A stretch of 8,796 nt of DNA from Candidatus Iainarchaeum sp. Its GTDB lineage: Archaea > Iainarchaeota > Iainarchaeia > Iainarchaeales > CSSED10-239. Shown piece by piece: positions 6,001-8,796 of the stretch (within the stretch, counting starts at the first letter, position 1; the number at the start of each line of letters is the position of its first letter). Location of the stretch: positions 1 to 8,796 of the forward strand of contig JAQVRT010000031.1 in the NCBI GenBank assembly GCA_028700905.1, read 5' to 3'. The translations under genes and the position numbers were made by a program. Under the pieces are notes generated by a model. That model ran no database searches, was not told the origin of the DNA, and worked only from the letters and a program-made list of their open reading frames with translations.

Positions 6001-7260
6001 ATGGACTATATGTTGTTAAGACAAATAATCATTAATCAAAATATTTTTTTTAAAAATAAAAATGTTGGGTATATTAGAGATAAATTAGAATTAATAAAAA
6101 AAGATGTTTCTAATCCAACTATTATTGTTATTACTGGTCATAGACGAGTTGGAAAATCAACCTTATTTTTACAAATTGCAAATTTTTTTTATAAAAATAA
6201 CTATTATTATTTAGATTTTTCAGATCCTATTTTAAGAAAAATAAATGTGGAAGATTTTTTAAAAATTGAAGAAATTTTTTTAAAAGAATTTAAAAAAAGA
6301 GATGCATTTTTTTTTGATGAAATACAAGGAGTTCCTGATTGGAATTTATTTGTAAATCAATTAAGAGATAAAGGTTATAAAGTTTTTATTACAGGTTCTA
6401 ATGCAGATCTATTATCTAAAGAGATTTCTACTTATTTGACTGGAAGACATAAAGATTATGAATTATTTCCTTTTTCTTTTAAAGAATATTTAGGTTATAA
6501 TAATATAACAAAAGGTTATTTTACTACTTCTGAAAATGCTTTGATTTTATCTTATTTTGATAAATATTTAAATAATGGTGGTTTTCCTGAAATTGTTATA
6601 TATGATCAAAAAGAATTATTGAAATCTATTTATAATGATGTAATATTGAAAGATGTTGCTTTAAGATGGGATTTAAAAAATATATCTGAACTTGAAGATT
6701 TATCTTTTTATTTATTATCCAATTCAACTCAAGAATATAATTATAATTCTTTAAAAAAACAAGTTAATATTAAAGATGCAAAAACAGTAAAACAATATAT
6801 TAATTACCTTTGTAAAACATATATGTTTTTTGAAGTAACTCAATTTGATTTTTCTTTAAACAAGCAAAGAAAACGTAATAAAAAAATATATGTTCTAGAC
6901 AATGGTTTTTTAACACAAGTTGGTTATTCTTTTGCCATAGGTAAATCAAGATATTTAGAAAATCTTATTTTTATAGAATTGAAAATAAGGGGTTTTGAAG
7001 TTTATTTTTATAAAGATAATTTAAATCAAGAATGTGATTTTTTAACTGTTAAGAATAAAAAAGTCTATGAAGCATTTCAAGTTTGTTTTTCTTTAGATTC
7101 AAAAGAAACTGAAGACAGGGAAATTAAAGGTTTGTTATCTGCTTTAAAAAAATATAATTTGAAAGAAGGAAAAATTATTACTTATAATACTGAAAAAGAA
7201 ATTAAGGTAGATGATTTTTTAATTAATTTTATTCCTGCTTTTAAATGGCTTTTAGATTAA
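6001..7260 (+). CDS. AAA+ ATPase of the AAA_14 + DUF4143 (COG1373-type) family
   Basis: Walker A is ITGHRRVGKSTL (GHRRVGKST at 6136-6162). Walker B is AFFFDEIQ. ITGSNADLL follows. The C-terminal half matches the DUF4143 pattern (ILKDV...; KIYVLDNGF; ECDFL). The track begins at TTG 5983 (MFIIFY...). I prefer ATG 6001 (MDYMLLRQ) or ATG 6010, because a TATA-like element about 25-30 bp upstream fits a leaderless or near-leaderless mRNA. Confidence 0.9.
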   Translation: MDYMLLRQIIINQNIFFKNKNVGYIRDKLELIKKDVSNPTIIVITGHRRVGKSTLFLQIANFFYKNNYYYLDFSDPILRKINVEDFLKIEEIFLKEFKKRDAFFFDEIQGVPDWNLFVNQLRDKGYKVFITGSNADLLSKEISTYLTGRHKDYELFPFSFKEYLGYNNITKGYFTTSENALILSYFDKYLNNGGFPEIVIYDQKELLKSIYNDVILKDVALRWDLKNISELEDLSFYLLSNSTQEYNYNSLKKQVNIKDAKTVKQYINYLCKTYMFFEVTQFDFSLNKQRKRNKKIYVLDNGFLTQVGYSFAIGKSRYLENLIFIELKIRGFEVYFYKDNLNQECDFLTVKNKKVYEAFQVCFSLDSKETEDREIKGLLSALKKYNLKEGKIITYNTEKEIKVDDFLINFIPAFKWLLD

Positions 7261-7307
7261 TAAGATTTATTTTATTAAAAGCATTTATAAAGTCTTTTAT
7301 ATATTTT

Positions 7308-7323
7308 TTTATTTATAAATAAA
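7308..7323 (+). promoter_or_regulatory. Perfect 16-bp A/T palindrome (symmetric TATA-like element) upstream of the GNAT operon
   Basis: tttatttataaataaa is its own reverse complement. Its centre lies about 23 bp upstream of ATG 7339. An SD-like aggta lies at 7327-7331. The sequence is low complexity, so the significance is modest. Confidence 0.3.
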
Positions 7324-7338
7324 TATAGGTAAAAAGAT

Positions 7339-7842
7339 ATGATAACTTACAAACAATATTTTGGAAATGAAATTTATGAAAAGATAGTTCATAAACCAGA
7401 ATTTTTAAAAGAAGTTTATAAAGTTTATTTTAATTCAAATAAGTTGCCTATTTCATTTTCTCAAAAAATAAAAGATCAACTTTTAAAAGATGTTTTAAAT
7501 ACTTCTTTGTTTATGGCTTTTGAAAATAAAAAACTAATTGCAATTGCTCAAGGTAGTGTCTTAAAAGATCATTTTACTTTAAATCATTTTTCTGTTTTAA
7601 AAGAGATAAATAAACCATTGATTGAGCAAAAGTTAATTGCAAGAGCAATTGGGTATTTAAGAGTTAAAAAAAACATTAAACATTTTGAATCAAGTTATAT
7701 TTTATCTCCAGAAACTACAAGTTCTTTTAAAAAAATATTTTCAAGAGAGAATAAATCAAAAAGAATAAGTTATTTTCAAGATACTTTATTTTCTAAAAAA
7801 TCTTTTAAGGTTTTTAAAAAACCAAATTTAAAGAGGAAATAA
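7339..7842 (+). CDS. GNAT-like protein lacking the acetyl-CoA pyrophosphate-binding motif (degenerate paralog of the next gene)
   Basis: 167 aa. It is collinear with the downstream ORF at several points: MITYKQY/MISYKHY, LLKD/LLKK, KLIAIAQGSVLK/KIVGVCQGNLK and HFES/KIES. Where the paralog has QNKGIG, this protein has NKPLIE, so both Gly are lost. It has a Lys-rich C-terminal tail. Confidence 0.6.
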   Translation: MITYKQYFGNEIYEKIVHKPEFLKEVYKVYFNSNKLPISFSQKIKDQLLKDVLNTSLFMAFENKKLIAIAQGSVLKDHFTLNHFSVLKEINKPLIEQKLIARAIGYLRVKKNIKHFESSYILSPETTSSFKKIFSRENKSKRISYFQDTLFSKKSFKVFKKPNLKRK

Positions 7843-7845
7843 TTT

Positions 7846-8376
7846 ATGATTTCATATAAACATTATTCTTCAGAGGATATTTCTATGTTTATAAAAGATA
7901 GAGCTGCTGTTAATGAAACTTTTTCAATATTGATGCAGTATTTAACAAAAATTCAAAATTTTACTTCAAGAGAAGTTTCTCTTTTTAAAAAAGATCTGTT
8001 AAAGAAAAACACTCATTTATTTTTAGTAAAATCAGATTCAAAGATAGTTGGTGTTTGTCAAGGAAATTTAAAGAACAAATCTTTTTTTATAAATAATCTT
8101 TACATTCATCCTGATTTTCAAAATAAAGGTATAGGTAGAAAACTAAAACTAAGAGTTACAACTTTTATGTCTTCTAAATATAATGTTGAAAAGATAGAGA
8201 GTGGAACTGTTATTTCTAAAAAAATATATTCTATAAATGAAAATATAGTTAATCGAAGAAATAAATCTTCTAAAAAAGAATATTCTTTAGAAAAAAAATC
8301 TGAAATGTATATTGATAAATTTAAAAAAATAAAACCAAAAACAAATATTTTAATTAAAAAGCATGGTAGAAAATGA
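7846..8376 (+). CDS. GNAT family N-acetyltransferase
   Basis: 176 aa. The classic motif A is LYIHPDFQNKGIGRKL, with Q-x-x-G-x-G at 8119-8136, preceded by the beta-strand pattern KIVGVCQG. The SD gaggaa lies 7-8 nt upstream, inside the end of the preceding gene, and the intergenic gap is 3 nt. It has a Lys/Arg-rich C-terminal tail. Confidence 0.75.
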   Translation: MISYKHYSSEDISMFIKDRAAVNETFSILMQYLTKIQNFTSREVSLFKKDLLKKNTHLFLVKSDSKIVGVCQGNLKNKSFFINNLYIHPDFQNKGIGRKLKLRVTTFMSSKYNVEKIESGTVISKKIYSINENIVNRRNKSSKKEYSLEKKSEMYIDKFKKIKPKTNILIKKHGRK

Positions 8377-8796
8377 AGTCTAAAAAAGATACAAAAATTG
8401 TTACAAAAAATAATCCTCTTAAAAAGGATGGTCCTCTTAAGAAAGATAAATCTCTTAAGAAAACTAAAAAAGAATCTGTTAAAGAAACTTCTTTTTCAAC
8501 ATCTTTTATATTTTACTTAATAATTATTTTTATAATTGTTCAAGTCATAGGACTTTATACTGCATCCTACTATTCTTCTTTAACAGATCTAAGAATTGCT
8601 TTAATAACAGATGATCCTGATGATATTATTAATTCTGTTTTCATAATTGTTCAAATTCTTGTAGTTACAGGGATTATTCTTTTAATAAAAAGATTTTCAA
8701 AAAAAACTTCTTATTTAAGAATATTTGAATATCTTGCTTTATTTGTTGGTATTACAATTGTTTTTGATGTTTTCTTTTTTGATATTCTTCCATTGT
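8373..8796 (+). CDS. Polytopic membrane protein, N-terminal part (open at the window end); possible presenilin/signal-peptide-peptidase-like (A22, DUF1119-type) protein
   Basis: It is not in the ORF track because no stop lies in the window. The ATG at 8373 overlaps the GNAT TGA (ATGA). My translation is MKSKKDTKIVTKNNPLKKDGPLKKDKSLKKTKKESVKETSFSTSFIFYLIIIFIIVQVIGLYTASYYSSLTDLRIALITDDPDDIINSVFIIVQILVVTGIILLIKRFSKKTSYLRIFEYLALFVGITIVFDVFFFDILPL, with no stops. Three hydrophobic helices are visible. The TM1 (..VQ.I..) - acidic loop - TM2 - basic loop - TM3 layout resembles the N-terminus of archaeal presenilin homologs. The catalytic YD/GxGD motifs would lie beyond the window, so the family call is tentative. 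The confidence value refers to it being a real membrane-protein CDS. Confidence 0.7.
   Translation, partial: MKSKKDTKIVTKNNPLKKDGPLKKDKSLKKTKKESVKETSFSTSFIFYLIIIFIIVQVIGLYTASYYSSLTDLRIALITDDPDDIINSVFIIVQILVVTGIILLIKRFSKKTSYLRIFEYLALFVGITIVFDVFFFDILPL
8415..8468 (+). repeat. Three in-frame 18-nt tandem repeats encoding a (P/S)LKKxx Lys-rich tail
   Basis: The units are cctcttaaaaaggatggt (8415-8432), cctcttaagaaagataaa (8433-8450) and tctcttaagaaaactaaa (8451-8468). They encode PLKKDG, PLKKDK and SLKKTK. Confidence 0.8.

Noticed and set aside
1-8796. Alternative genetic code (stop-codon reassignment)
   Set aside because: All confident genes end in TAA, with one ending in TGA. They contain no in-frame TGA or TAG, and Trp is encoded by TGG. 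The standard code explains everything.
1-8796. Mobile element, provirus or integrative island boundaries
   Set aside because: I could find no integrase, transposase, tRNA target or long terminal repeats. The 9-nt match aatccttat (3305 and 5928) is too short to count as attachment sites.

Overview
Very AT-rich, gene-dense window, roughly a quarter G+C by eye. It is archaeal, because it carries a single full-length MCM replicative helicase. Short Shine-Dalgarno-like sites, 3-4 nt gene junctions, a bacterial-type cold-shock protein and Lys-rich proteins suggest a small-genome, DPANN-like archaeon, but that is a guess. From left to right the window holds six blocks. (1) The 3' end of an unknown ORF. 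(2) A three-gene, bacterial-LPS-style glycan module: a GT25 glycosyltransferase (-), a GT11 alpha-1,2-fucosyltransferase (+) and a DUF268-type SAM methyltransferase (-). (3) A lone 63-aa cold-shock-domain gene sitting between two noncoding spacers of more than 400 bp. (4) mcm. (5) An orphan AAA_14/DUF4143 (COG1373-type) ATPase. (6) A tightly coupled trio made of a degenerate GNAT-like paralog, an intact GNAT acetyltransferase, and the N-terminus of a polytopic membrane protein that resembles archaeal presenilin/SPP homologs and runs off the window. No rRNA, tRNA, CRISPR array, transposase or integrase is visible. Four items deserve a second look. The first is the tandem GNAT pseudoenzyme/enzyme pair coupled to the membrane protein. 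The second is an isolated GC-rich island upstream of mcm that reads on the minus strand as a near-ideal GGAGG-N6-ATG opening an unannotated 39-codon ORF. The third is a pair of 17-bp repeats, each a GGATT-N3-AATCC palindrome, abutting the ATPase promoter. The fourth is the GT25+GT11 pairing, which predicts a Fuc-alpha1,2-Gal (H-antigen-like) glycan. All functional calls rest on motif recognition by eye. No database search was run.
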